Below are positions 40,628 to 51,277 of a stretch of DNA of 64,000 nucleotides, piece by piece. Where the stretch lies: positions 64,001 through 128,000 of IMG/VR virus record IMGVR_UViG_3300014205_000003; one strand, 5' to 3'. The position numbers and the translations under genes were made by a program. The notes beneath the pieces are model-generated. The model was not told the origin of the DNA. It searched no databases and saw only the letters and a list, made by a program, of their open reading frames with translations. The stretch is from a virus (taxonomy: Duplodnaviria; Caudoviricetes). Position 1 is the stretch's first letter. Every line of letters starts with the position of its first letter.

Positions 40628-43600
40628 ATGGAAATTGCACCAGAGGATGTAGAGGTTGTAAAGCTTCTGCATCCTCTTGTCTTTCAGGATCGAAACATTG
40701 TAGAACTTCACTGGTATTTTGGCCATATCCCTGTGCTGATTGCCGTCAACCACGAACAGAAAGTGGAAGACGGTTTTGTGTATATGGCGCTTGATGGTTG
40801 GTGGACAGACAGAACAGGGAATAAGTTGTTAACACCAGAAGAGTTTTTCTATCGAGACTTCGTAAAAGGTTTAGACCATTCCGAGACGAAAGCACAGCTG
40901 ATTGACGGTCTGCGAAAGTGTTTAGCCCCTGACGACATGTTGAGGGTTAGGGCTTTCTTGAACCTTCAACAATTGTAGGAGATTGCATGGTCTTTACGAA
41001 ACAGGACTTGAGGAGGTCAGAGCTCCTTCAGCCCTACGGTTACAATAATTTCGAGTTGAAGGCGCTGATCTGGGTCTTTGAGTTTGTTCCCTGTCTTTTG
41101 TGGAGCGACATGCCTTCTGACACACCTGTGTACAGCGCCATAGATGGGTACCAGTTGTATCCGGCAGACTTTCCAATTGAAGGTGTTAATTACAAAAAGG
41201 ACAACTGGATAGAGAAGGTTTTTCTGGATATGTGTTTTACACCTCCTAACCGCTATCCATTACCGGAATACATAAGCTTCCGATACTGTTTACAAGAGAT
41301 CGACAAAGACCGTATTGACACGTTGATACGCATACACCAACTGTAGGAGGCTTATGCCTGCTCCTGGAGACATTGAGGTTGTTACGCCTTTGGAGTTCTT
41401 AACCTGTGTAGATCCTTACGACAGCAGAATGGAGTGGAGCTTTCTACATCTGCTGTGGGTCAAGAAGAACTATCCAGTGTTTGTGTGGAGAAATCACATA
41501 CCTGATTACAACGGGTCGACAACTACGGACTACACAGATTCGAGATATGCAATGCACGGAGCAGAAGTAAAGAATCCGCTACGTGTGACAAACTTGGATG
41601 CATACACAGAAGCTTACTGGGATTGGGACAAGAAGCATGCAGAGCATGATGCCTTGCAGTATTGGCGAAACATCAAACACACTTTGCCAGCAGTAGATGT
41701 TGAGAAGCTGCTTGCCTTGGAGACAATCTGTAATTTATGATTTATCTCACACCAGATCAAGTAGTTGTACATCCTGTGAAGAAGCCGTACTATGCACCGT
41801 TTACGAATCATCAAGGTGAGCGGAGAACTTTGAGAGAAATTTATTGGCTCTTTGAGACTGTCCCTCTGTTTGCTTGGCACGGGGCACAGTCAGATGCTTT
41901 GGAAGATCTTCACTTCTCTACGCTTCATGGTTGTTACTGTGCACATCCTGCATACAGCACTTACACAGTTCAGTCTGCATATATAGAGGCGTACTGGCTG
42001 TGGGAACGCGAAGCTGATACGTATATGCGCTACTATCAAGTGTGGGAAGAGTTCAAGGATTGCTTACACGAAGAAGACGTAGAGCGAATACGAACAATTC
42101 TAGTTTTGAGGAGTCTATGATCTGTTTAACACCTGACCAAAGAGTTGAACGTCCTGTGAAGAAGCTTTATCGTGCACTTCACACTAATATGGCAGACGAG
42201 TACAGAATTCTTCAAAAGCTGATTTGGGTATGGGACTGTATGCCGTTCTTCGTCTGGACTTTGGATCAAGACACATCTTTGAAAGCTTCAAGATTCTCTA
42301 CGCTTACAGGAAGAGCTATTTCTTATCCTGCTTGGTCAGACTGCACTAAGCAGCAGTGGATCGATCTCTATTGGTACAAAGAGTCTCACGCAGACAACTA
42401 TCTGAGCAGTTATCCTGCGTGGACAGCTTTCAAGCATGTGCTGTACAAAGTTGACAGCGATCGCATCAGAACAATCCTAGTTTTGAGGAGCTTGTAATGG
42501 CATTTCCAATCTTGAAGTATCCTGTTAAACCTTACAGGGATTCCAAAGGTCGTGTTCTGCAGTATATAGAATGGCATTTTGAAACTTGTCCGCTCTTTTG
42601 CTGGATGGACCCGAAAGTTACTAAAGGCCGTAAGCCTACTCAAGTGCTCAGTTCTAGATATGATGGGGTGGATTTTACATATCATGGTCTTGCTCCGACT
42701 GAACAGGACGACGATTGGCAACGTTGGTATTGGACAACAAACATTCTTCTGGTTAGCTACGATCCTTGGACAAAGTTCAAGAAGTGCTTGCACCCTGAAG
42801 ATGTAGAGAAGATTGGAGCTTTGATAACCATTCACAACCTGTAGGAGCTTTGATGGACGAGAAGGATATTGTCAAGTACTCTACATTTCCTGTAAAAGAG
42901 TTTTCCTGCGAAGTATCTGGAAAACTGATTCGTATAGATTGGTATTTTGAAACCTGCCCGCTCGCAATTTTTACAAGAGTTTTCGGCTCTGAAGAGAGTG
43001 TAGCCTTTGACGGATGGCTATATAACAAACCCAAGCGCTACTCCTCACAGGATGATTGGATTAAACTATACTGGGACCAGATGGAAGGCGACAAAGAGAT
43101 ACTGCAAAGAACTTACAGCAAGTTCAAACACGTACTGACAAAGGAAGATCAAGAACGCTACGAAGCACTGAGGACAATCCATAACTTATGAGCTTTCCAA
43201 CTGAACCTGAAGATCGGCGAGTAGTCCTTCCTGTTATGAACTATCACAGTTTTCGAATCAGCTTGAAACACGTTCTGTTTACCTTTGAAAAACTGATATA
43301 CTGGTTTGACGTCTATCCGATCTTCTACTTCAAAGACGAAGACCTCTACACGTGCATAGACATTTGGGGATGCAACATGCCTGATCCTCATCGTACGGGG
43401 AACATCAGTGAAGAACAGTGGAAGAAGGCTTATGATCTTCCACCTTCTCTAGACGACCCTGCAATCTTTGATCAGTGGAACAAACTCTTTTCTATGCTTC
43501 CCGCAGAAGAACAAGAGCCCTTAAGAGCCCTTCAAACGATAAGGAATCTCTAAGTGTTACCTTGTACAGTTCATATCTTCAAAGAACCTGTTTATGTGAC

Positions 43601-43907
43601 ATGGGTAACAGGTGTACATGTTAAGAAACATCACTCTGCCAAGTTGCTGGAGATCTATTGGATTGATGACCATTGTCCTATGTTTCATTGGGGAGACTCA
43701 ACAGAAACTTGGGCATGGTCTAGTATTTCTGGTTGCGGCGTAAACACTGACCACGATATGGGAAGCCACACTCTTGAATACTATTGGAGACTTAATGATG
43801 ATTTTGCAGACGAGTGGGCATATCCCGTATGGACGCACTTCAAGGACTTGCTTCCTCCAGAGCAAGTAGAAAAGATCAGAGCTGTCTTATCAATAAGGAA
43901 CTTATGA
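40628..43907 (+). CDS. Tandem array of nine paralogous ~113-128 aa proteins (starts 40628, 40987, 41354, 41737, 42117, 42497, 42853, 43188, 43554)
   Basis: Shared W.F...P.F.W...G and C-terminal L...D.E.I..L..I.(N/Q/S)L. Confidence 0.85.
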
Positions 43908-44335
43908 GCTACGCTTGTGTGGGATTAAGTAATCCCAAGAACATTCACAACATCGGATCTGTCCTGAGAGCTGCTGGTTGCTTCAAGGTTGATCTGGTAG
44001 CAATCTCTGGTATGAGATATCGTAGAGCTGGCACAGATACGATGGCAGCGTACAAGCATCTTCCTCTTCTGCAGGTAAACGATCTTCACGGCGTCATTCC
44101 CTATGATTGCATCCCTGTAGCTGTAGAACTTGTGGAACGCGCAACAAGTCTTCTATCTTATAAACATCCAGACAGAGCCTTCTACATCTTCGGAGCAGAA
44201 GACGCAACACTTGGAGAGAAGACCCTTAGTTGGTGTAGAGACGTTATCTACATTCCAACCAACGGCTGTCTGAATCTTGCCGCTTGTGTAAATGTGGTTC
44301 TCTATGATCGCTTAGCAAAGGAGTCTGTAAATTAG
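43904..44335 (+). CDS. SpoU/TrmH-family (SPOUT) RNA 2'-O-methyltransferase
   Basis: NIGSVLRAAGCF, IFGAED..L, IP...CLNLAACVNVVLYD. Confidence 0.88.
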   Translation: MSYACVGLSNPKNIHNIGSVLRAAGCFKVDLVAISGMRYRRAGTDTMAAYKHLPLLQVNDLHGVIPYDCIPVAVELVERATSLLSYKHPDRAFYIFGAEDATLGEKTLSWCRDVIYIPTNGCLNLAACVNVVLYDRLAKESVN

Positions 44336-46897
44336 TGAAAATCAAACTTACCGTCCGTCAAAATCAGTTCCTAGTCTCTCCTTGGCCTCTCTGCCTGGAG
44401 AAGGCTTGTACAGTCACCCTTACTCAGAAAAAATTCTTCTACGACCCGAAAGATCCTCGTCCTATTACCTTCACGCACATCCCTATGTATACGAAGCTTT
44501 CTGAACAAGGAGGCATCGTCTACACAGGATTCCTTCAGAGGGTCCTTAAAGCCCTTGCAAAGGAAGAACACGAAGTGGAAGTCGAAGATCAGCGCATCAA
44601 GCCTTCTGGCACGGTTCCTGAGCTTCCTGAAGGCTCTGAAGGATATCGTGCAGGACAGCGAGAGTTCATTCACGCAATCCTCAACAATCACAGCGGTATT
44701 GGACAAGCTCCTCCAGCCTTTGGAAAGTCCTTTTGCATAGGACAGATCTGTAAGGTTCTGTGCAAGGAGAAGATCTTGGTCACTACGTCTAGGAAGACTG
44801 TGGTGACGATGCTCCTGCAACGTCTCAAAGCTACACTGCCTGACAGGCGAATCAAGCTTTGTGATGGTGCAAAGCCATTTGACGAAACTTGTGATATTGT
44901 AGTGTGCTCGTCAAAATCCCTCCACAAGATTCCTACAGAGTGGCCTCAAGTTCTTCTATTCGATGAAGTGCATGGAGCTGCTGGTCCTCAGGTCTGTCGC
45001 GTACTCGGAAATATGACAAATGTCCGTTTCTACGGTTTTAGCGCAACTCCTACTGGCAGAGGGGATAACGGAGACAAACTTGTAGAAGCTTTGTTTGGTC
45101 CTGTTATTTACAAGATGAACTATGAGCAAGCTTTGGCTAATGGTAATGTCACGCAGACACAAGTCCGTATGGTGCCTATCAAAGGTGCCAATCTCGAGTT
45201 CCACGACACTACTGCAATGAATCGGTATGGCTATTGGCGAAACACACAACGCAATAAGAAGATTGCAGAGGTTGTGGAAGCGTTGCAAGCTGAAGGCTTA
45301 GAAAAGATCCTGATCCTTGTAAACACTGCAGAGCATGCCTTCCATCTGCGTTTGTTCCTTCCTAAGTTTAAGATCGTACATGCTGGGCTCTCCTTGGAGA
45401 AGTTCAACGAGTTTAAGAAGAATGGGCTTCTGACGCCTACAGATTCACCAACTGTAGATGTAGATAAACTCGCCATTGAATTCAAGGAAGCCAAAAATCT
45501 GGGAATCATAAGCACGCCTAAGTGGCGTGAGGGTTTTCGCTGGAATGCCCTTCACAGTAGTAATACTGTGTCGAAACTCTCTTAACTGCTGGGAACTCTC
45601 TACACAGAGACAATCAGCAACGAACCTGTCAACACGTCTTGTGGGTGTAGCGCTTATATTAGTAGTGTGTCTAAACAACAACTACAGGGATAGCACTACA
45701 CATGTCTGACTACACAAACAACCGAGATCTCCTATTTCACCAAGTGAAGGTAGGAGATGTCATAAACAACCGAAAAATTCTTCGCATTGTTGGAGAACCA
45801 TTTCGACTGGTAAATGGAAAACACGCGCCTGTTCCTGAAGGGTGGTCTGGCTGTATATACGGCACGTATGAAGTAAATTGCATAAAATGCGACACCACAA
45901 GTATCGTTTGCGGATTACAAATGCAGACAATCAGCTGTAAAAATGGTCCGTGTAGCAAAAGCTTTAAAGACCTGACAAATATGCGTTTTGGTCAGTTAAC
46001 AATTTTAGCTTATGTACCACATTACAACAAAACAAAAGAACGAGGTGTGAGTTGGCTTACACGCTGCGACTGCGGGCGTGAAACTGTTGTATTTGGCAGG
46101 ATTCTTGTAGATCCAAAGCGTCCTAAAACGTGTTGCAACGTTTGTGCAAGAGCGTCTAAGTCACGAAAACGGAGACTTCCTGAGAGTCTTGCAGGATGGC
46201 GAGAATACTTCAGCAAGACAAAACGGGATTCTCATAAAAAACAAAGAGCTTTCGATTTGTCTTTTGAGGAGTTTAGACGTGTTGCAAGTTTAAACTGCGC
46301 TTACTGCGGAGCCGCCCCGTGTTTGATGTATCATCACACGGAAGTTGTGAGAAATGGGATAGACCGTGTGGATAGTAAACTTGGATACACGTCAACTAAT
46401 GTTGTTGCTTGTTGTAAGATCTGTAATAGAATGAAAATGGAGCTAGACTGCCAGACGTGGTTGGAGCATGTTAGAAAAATAGCAAAACACACAGAACAGA
46501 TTCGCTCAACGACTATCCCTAACGGGAGTACACCTAAGCAGGTGGAAACAGAGAGGGTCCTTCCACAAGAAGGACTTTGATATAGTCTGATCTGCATGGT
46601 GACATGCAGCTGCAGGTGGTGCTGCGGACAGTATCTAGCGCATACTGTTGAACACATATGGTTGATTTCCCAGATTTGTCAGTAGTTGTTCGTGCTGATG
46701 GACTTACGGGGTCAATTCCGTCCATTCAGATCGGTGGTCGCAGTGCTCGTGTATTTGAAAATAAGACTCAGGCTCTTGTAATTGACTTCGAGGATCACTT
46801 TGGTCCTGACATGATGGCCAGAAGCGCCAAGCGAGTCTTGAACTATAAGACTGAAGGTTGGCAAGTTGTAACATGGAACATAGGAGATGCTGAATGA
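44335..46897 (+). CDS. Superfamily 2 helicase; exons 44335-45534 and 46661-46897
   Basis: PPAFGKS, DEVH, SATP; splicing restores motif V EG|VDFP; motif VI QIGGRSAR in exon 2. Confidence 0.9.
45535..46660 (+). mobile_element. Group I intron in the helicase gene
   Basis: Exon ends in U; P1 GAGGGT/GCCCTT; P4 TGCTG/CAGCA; P3 CTCTCT/AGAGAG; P7 GACTA/TAGTC; terminal G46660. Confidence 0.92.
45702..46580 (+). CDS. Intron-encoded HNH-type homing endonuclease
   Basis: CDCG; CAYCG...NGIDRVDSKLGY..TNVVACCKICNRMK. Confidence 0.88.
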   Translation: MSDYTNNRDLLFHQVKVGDVINNRKILRIVGEPFRLVNGKHAPVPEGWSGCIYGTYEVNCIKCDTTSIVCGLQMQTISCKNGPCSKSFKDLTNMRFGQLTILAYVPHYNKTKERGVSWLTRCDCGRETVVFGRILVDPKRPKTCCNVCARASKSRKRRLPESLAGWREYFSKTKRDSHKKQRAFDLSFEEFRRVASLNCAYCGAAPCLMYHHTEVVRNGIDRVDSKLGYTSTNVVACCKICNRMKMELDCQTWLEHVRKIAKHTEQIRSTTIPNGSTPKQVETERVLPQEGL

Positions 46898-47803
46898 AAA
46901 CCCCTGACGAGATCTTTGCTCTGCGCAGTAATTATGCAGAAGAAGCTGTAATCGCGTTGGATGGATTCTGTGGAGGCGAACTGGAAACACTGGCTCAGAG
47001 ATTTACAACGAATCGAACATTCGTAATCTCTATCTGGACTGACGAGAAGCAGGAAAACAAACTGTACGACTATTTGACTGATCCTGCTATCGAAGAAGCC
47101 TTCAAAGAGTCATGTGCCATGTCTGAGTGGATCTTAGAGATTGTAAAGACTGAAGGTCGTTTTCGCTTAACGTTTACACCAACAAAGGATCTCACATTTT
47201 GAAAACTCCTAATCAGATGTTGTCGAAGTACAAAGCACTTGTTTATGACCAAATAGCCGTCATTGAGAAAGTAGTTACTTCTGAGTTGGAGAAGGCGATT
47301 CACTGTCATCCGTATGATACCTCTTGGATTATTAAAATTGGCAGTGAGTTGTCCTGTAACAAGGAATTAGACACTCTGAAGCTCTTGCAACAAGAACATG
47401 TCTTCAGGGCGTTTCAAGAACGTTGTAAAATCGTCAAATGGTCAATGTTCGCTACCAGTAGATGTGACGAATACATCGTCTTGCAGTTCACACCTATTGA
47501 GGAAGAAAAATGAAAACCCCTAATGAACTACTTGCTCCGCATCGAGAAGAAATGAACAAGGTTGTGCAAGCAATTGATCGAGAAGTCTCTGCAGAACTGA
47601 CAGACGAAGTCAACATGCGTCCACATGCAGACTATTGGGACGTACAACTCTCCAAGTCGAGTAATGCTATGGGTCTTCTACAGCAGTCTGTGAAGTACAA
47701 AGCCTATCAGAACTTCTGCCACACGAAGGGCTGGAGTGTGTACTGTACGAGCTCTTGTGAGGACTACATCGTGCTTCGCTTCACTCCTATTGACAAGGAA
47801 TAA
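46894..47803 (+). CDS. Three paralogous ~100 aa proteins starting MKTP(D/N) (46894, 47199, 47510)
   Basis: Shared N-terminus, EL, AF...C....W, L.FTP C-terminus. Confidence 0.8.
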
Positions 47804-47818
47804 CTAGAAAGTACTTAT

Positions 47819-48001
47819 ATGAACATTGTGTCTAAATTTATGGGCTGCGTCGGAACTGTCTTTACAGTCCTCTGCATAGCTCTTGGTCTCTATGTGTGCT
47901 TCTCCCTGATTGGTGTCCTCTGGCCAGTCATCATCTGGTGTGCTACAATCTTTGGCCTGTATTGCATCTGGACGTGGATAGCTGCTCACCTCAAACGCTA
48001 A
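47819..48001 (+). CDS. Small membrane protein
   Basis: Two hydrophobic segments. Confidence 0.55.
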   Translation: MNIVSKFMGCVGTVFTVLCIALGLYVCFSLIGVLWPVIIWCATIFGLYCIWTWIAAHLKR

Positions 48002-48009
48002 GGAACTCT

Positions 48010-48531
48010 ATGAATAAGGCCTCAATCAGAGAAGCTATTGCGTACTTCACTGGAGGAGCGTTCAAGCCTTCTGGAAACTCTCAATGGACTGACTTGCAGA
48101 ATTGGATACTCCAGAAGGAACATACTCCTTGGGAGTTCTGCTACTTCATTGTTCATGCACATCCGGTGAACAAGCAAGGCAGCGGAGCTCTCAAGTTCCT
48201 CAACTGGCTTCAGAAGGACGAAGTGAAGAAGGAATTCCTTGCGTGGTGTGAACAAATGGACATGGAAGCATCCTGCATCTGCAAGTCTCAGCTGTCTCGT
48301 CTTGAGGCTCTGAACAACCTAGGTGTAAGCATGCTTCCAATACTCCTGAACGACCACGAGGATCACTCAGCTATAGTACGTATGGACTTCGCTCTCAAAC
48401 ACCTGCAAGACCCCTCAAAAGTATGTGTCAAATATGCTCCTACAGCTGACTATATTCTGAGAGGTTGTCCTATCTTCGGAGCAATCTGTCCCTCAGTCGC
48501 TGAGTATGTTGAAAGGAACCTTCCCCAGTGA
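48010..48531 (+). CDS. Hypothetical protein coupled to the replicative helicase
   Basis: ATG with RBS AAGGA; overlaps the dnaB start. Confidence 0.55.
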   Translation: MNKASIREAIAYFTGGAFKPSGNSQWTDLQNWILQKEHTPWEFCYFIVHAHPVNKQGSGALKFLNWLQKDEVKKEFLAWCEQMDMEASCICKSQLSRLEALNNLGVSMLPILLNDHEDHSAIVRMDFALKHLQDPSKVCVKYAPTADYILRGCPIFGAICPSVAEYVERNLPQ

Positions 48532-49976
48532 ATATCTCTTTGCCAGCTTCCATGGTCTCCAAGATTGAATCTGAACTGTACGACAAGCAGGAAGGTCGAC
48601 TTCGCATTCTCCTGACTCATGCCATTCGTCTGCAGACAGTCCTTGAGACTATGCTGCGGACATTCCCTACTGCAGATCCCTTCAAGGGCTATGCAGATCT
48701 TGGCGTGATCTGGGACAGCACTAAAGCCTACGGCGAACAGTATCGCAAGTGTCCTTCCGATCAGATGTTGAAAGACGACTTGCAAGGACGAACTGTCTTC
48801 AAAGGTGTCAACGTAGACTTGGCTCACGTCTTCAAAATCCTGGAAGAAGTCTTTCAAGCTGATGAACGTACGTTGAATCAGAAGTATGCGAATGATACCA
48901 TTGCAGAGATTCGTGATGATACTGCTTTAGTAGATATGCACAAAGCTCTTGTGCACAATCCAGATAATGCTAAAGCTACTCTGATCAAGATTGCGGATTC
49001 GATTCGAGTTGCTCCTGCTCAAGGTGCTAAGCTGATTCGTAATGTCTTCTCACTCGGCAGTCAAGAGATGTTGAGAACCTTGAAACGTCTGCCGTTGTAC
49101 ATAAACTTCCTAGATAGATCATTGGCAGGTGGTATGGCTATTGGAGAGACCTTAGGGTTTGTGATTCCTTCTGGTGGCGGCAAAACCACTTTGGGATTGC
49201 AGATGTGTGAGTCGAGTGTTTTGGTAAACCAGAAAGTAGCATACTTTCAGTTTGAGCAGTCGCTGGAAGGTGACTTGTTCATGCGTGTCAATGTGCTTGC
49301 CTCTGGTGTCAGCAAGAAGCTTTGGGAGAAGTACGTCCAGCACTTGGACGATCCTGTTCCGATGAAGCTTGAAGACTTCATGGATGCCGCTTCTCTGGAT
49401 CGCTTCAACAAGACTCAGCCGTTGTGGAATGCAAACTTTCTGTTCTACGACTATTCGGACAAGTCTATTCCTATTACCAGCATTAATCAGATCTTCGAAG
49501 AAGTCGAGAAGATTCGTGCAGGTGGTGAAGAAGTCACACTGGTTATTATTGACTGGTGGAATGCTCTTATCCGACGCTTGTTGAGTCATTCTGGAGATAT
49601 GAGTGATCCGAAGGTTCGAGCGTTTCGTGCAAGTGTTGCTGAGGACTTCAAGCAAGGCTGCAAGCGGCATGGAGTTCGTGGTGTAGTCTTTCAGCAGATG
49701 TCTGGTGAAGGATGCCAGAAGAGTTTGAAGATGCTTCCAAGTTCCAAGGACTCGCAAGAGGACAAGAACTTCGACAACTACTTCGACTACTGCTACGCCT
49801 TCAGTCAGATCGATCCTAAGACAGGGATTATCACTATCAAGGCAGACAAGGTTCGAAGTGTTGCTAAGAGCATATTCAAGGTGCTGATGGATGGTGAATA
49901 CTGCAAGCTCAAAGACGCTCAAGATCCTGCACATGGCATGAGCTTAGGCCCGATGATTGGCAACGTGCAAGTATGA
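48528..49976 (+). CDS. dnaB: DnaB-like replicative helicase
   Basis: LDRSLAGG, PSGGGKTT, FQFEQ, VIIDW, VFQQ, KVR. Confidence 0.8.
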   Translation: MNISLPASMVSKIESELYDKQEGRLRILLTHAIRLQTVLETMLRTFPTADPFKGYADLGVIWDSTKAYGEQYRKCPSDQMLKDDLQGRTVFKGVNVDLAHVFKILEEVFQADERTLNQKYANDTIAEIRDDTALVDMHKALVHNPDNAKATLIKIADSIRVAPAQGAKLIRNVFSLGSQEMLRTLKRLPLYINFLDRSLAGGMAIGETLGFVIPSGGGKTTLGLQMCESSVLVNQKVAYFQFEQSLEGDLFMRVNVLASGVSKKLWEKYVQHLDDPVPMKLEDFMDAASLDRFNKTQPLWNANFLFYDYSDKSIPITSINQIFEEVEKIRAGGEEVTLVIIDWWNALIRRLLSHSGDMSDPKVRAFRASVAEDFKQGCKRHGVRGVVFQQMSGEGCQKSLKMLPSSKDSQEDKNFDNYFDYCYAFSQIDPKTGIITIKADKVRSVAKSIFKVLMDGEYCKLKDAQDPAHGMSLGPMIGNVQV

Positions 49977-51277
49977 AAAAAGAAAAGCTGATTGAGTTGT
50001 TGCAGAGTCTTCCAGCAGAGACTGAAGTTTTGATAATGGATAGATGTGATGTGTATTCTCCGGAAGACATTGCAGAAGGTTCTCTTCACCTGCAAGATGT
50101 CTACAGATCACAGCACAAAGGGATGAGCGGATACAGTTGGTATTTCAATCCCTGTAAGGATGCAAGAAAGAAGTCAGTAGTGATTCTTGATTGCTTCTAA
50201 AAACTCAAACGTTACTTAACAGAAAACAAAGGAACTAGGATGACAGTCAAAGAATTCAAAGAGTGGCTGAACAAGCACGGCATAGACGATAGCTACGAGA
50301 TTTGGATTGAGAGCGAAGACGCTGAAATAGAAATCATCGAGACAGACGAGCAACACCTTTCATTCAATCCCAAGAAGCATCGAGTGGTGATCTCATGACA
50401 GTCAAAGAACTTATTGAAGAATTGAAGAAGCATCCTGATACTACGGTGGTGCAGTTTGCTCATAACGAAATCACGAATGATGATGGAATGTCCTTAGCAC
50501 CTGTATATGAAGATGTTTTGCGGTTTGAAAATCGAATTCTATATCAGTACAGGCTTGCCGATGGTTACGTAACAGAGCCCGCTGAGATTAGGCGCAACAT
50601 TGCACCGAAATTTGCTACAGCCACCGAAACATGTATTTCCGTAGTTGTGCTTAGGAGTTAATATGACAGTCAAAGAAATGATTGAGCGACTTAAGAACTA
50701 TCCAGAGGACGCTGAAGTGCAGGTCGATGGCTACGACGATCTTCTACCTATGGAAGAGTGTCCTTGGGAACTCTTTCCAGACAACAACCTTCTTGTCATA
50801 CAAGCGTGGACATACAAATGACAGTCAAAGAACTGATTGAAGAACTGAAGAAGTATCCTGCAGACTTCCCTGTGAAGGTTTTTGTAGATACAGGGTTTGA
50901 CATGGCTTGGGTAGAAGTAGGAACTCTCTTCGATGGTCGCGACGTTGGAGAAAACTGTGTAAAGGTGTGTGAATGACAGTCAAAGAACTTAAGAAATGGC
51001 TCGAAGATATCCCCGATGATGCGGAGGTCTATGTACAAGATACTGAAGAGGGTGGTCTGCTCTATGTGGATAAGGATCTCCTGTACTACGACAAATCAGA
51101 CAATACGGTTGTACTATGACAGTCAAAGATTTGATTGATATGTTGGAAACAGTACCTGAAGATTACGAGATGGAATTCTTCAATTCTTGGGTGGATGATT
51201 ACACGACAAGTTACATAGACGAAGTCGCTGTATGCCCTGATCACAAGAAGAAACGTGTTAGGCTACAAACACAATGA
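49973..51277 (+). CDS. Array of seven small MTVKEL-family genes (49973, 50240, 50395, 50663, 50818, 50973, 51116)
   Basis: Six begin with identical ATGACAGTCAAAGA; several are missing from the ORF track. Confidence 0.85.

Noticed and set aside
40628-43907. Diversity-generating retroelement as the source of paralog variation
   Set aside because: No reverse transcriptase in the window and no TR/VR pair differing only at adenines.
50240-51130. Regularly spaced repeats resembling a CRISPR array
   Set aside because: The repeat is only 14 nt, the spacers are 130-250 nt open reading frames, and there are no cas genes; these are gene starts.
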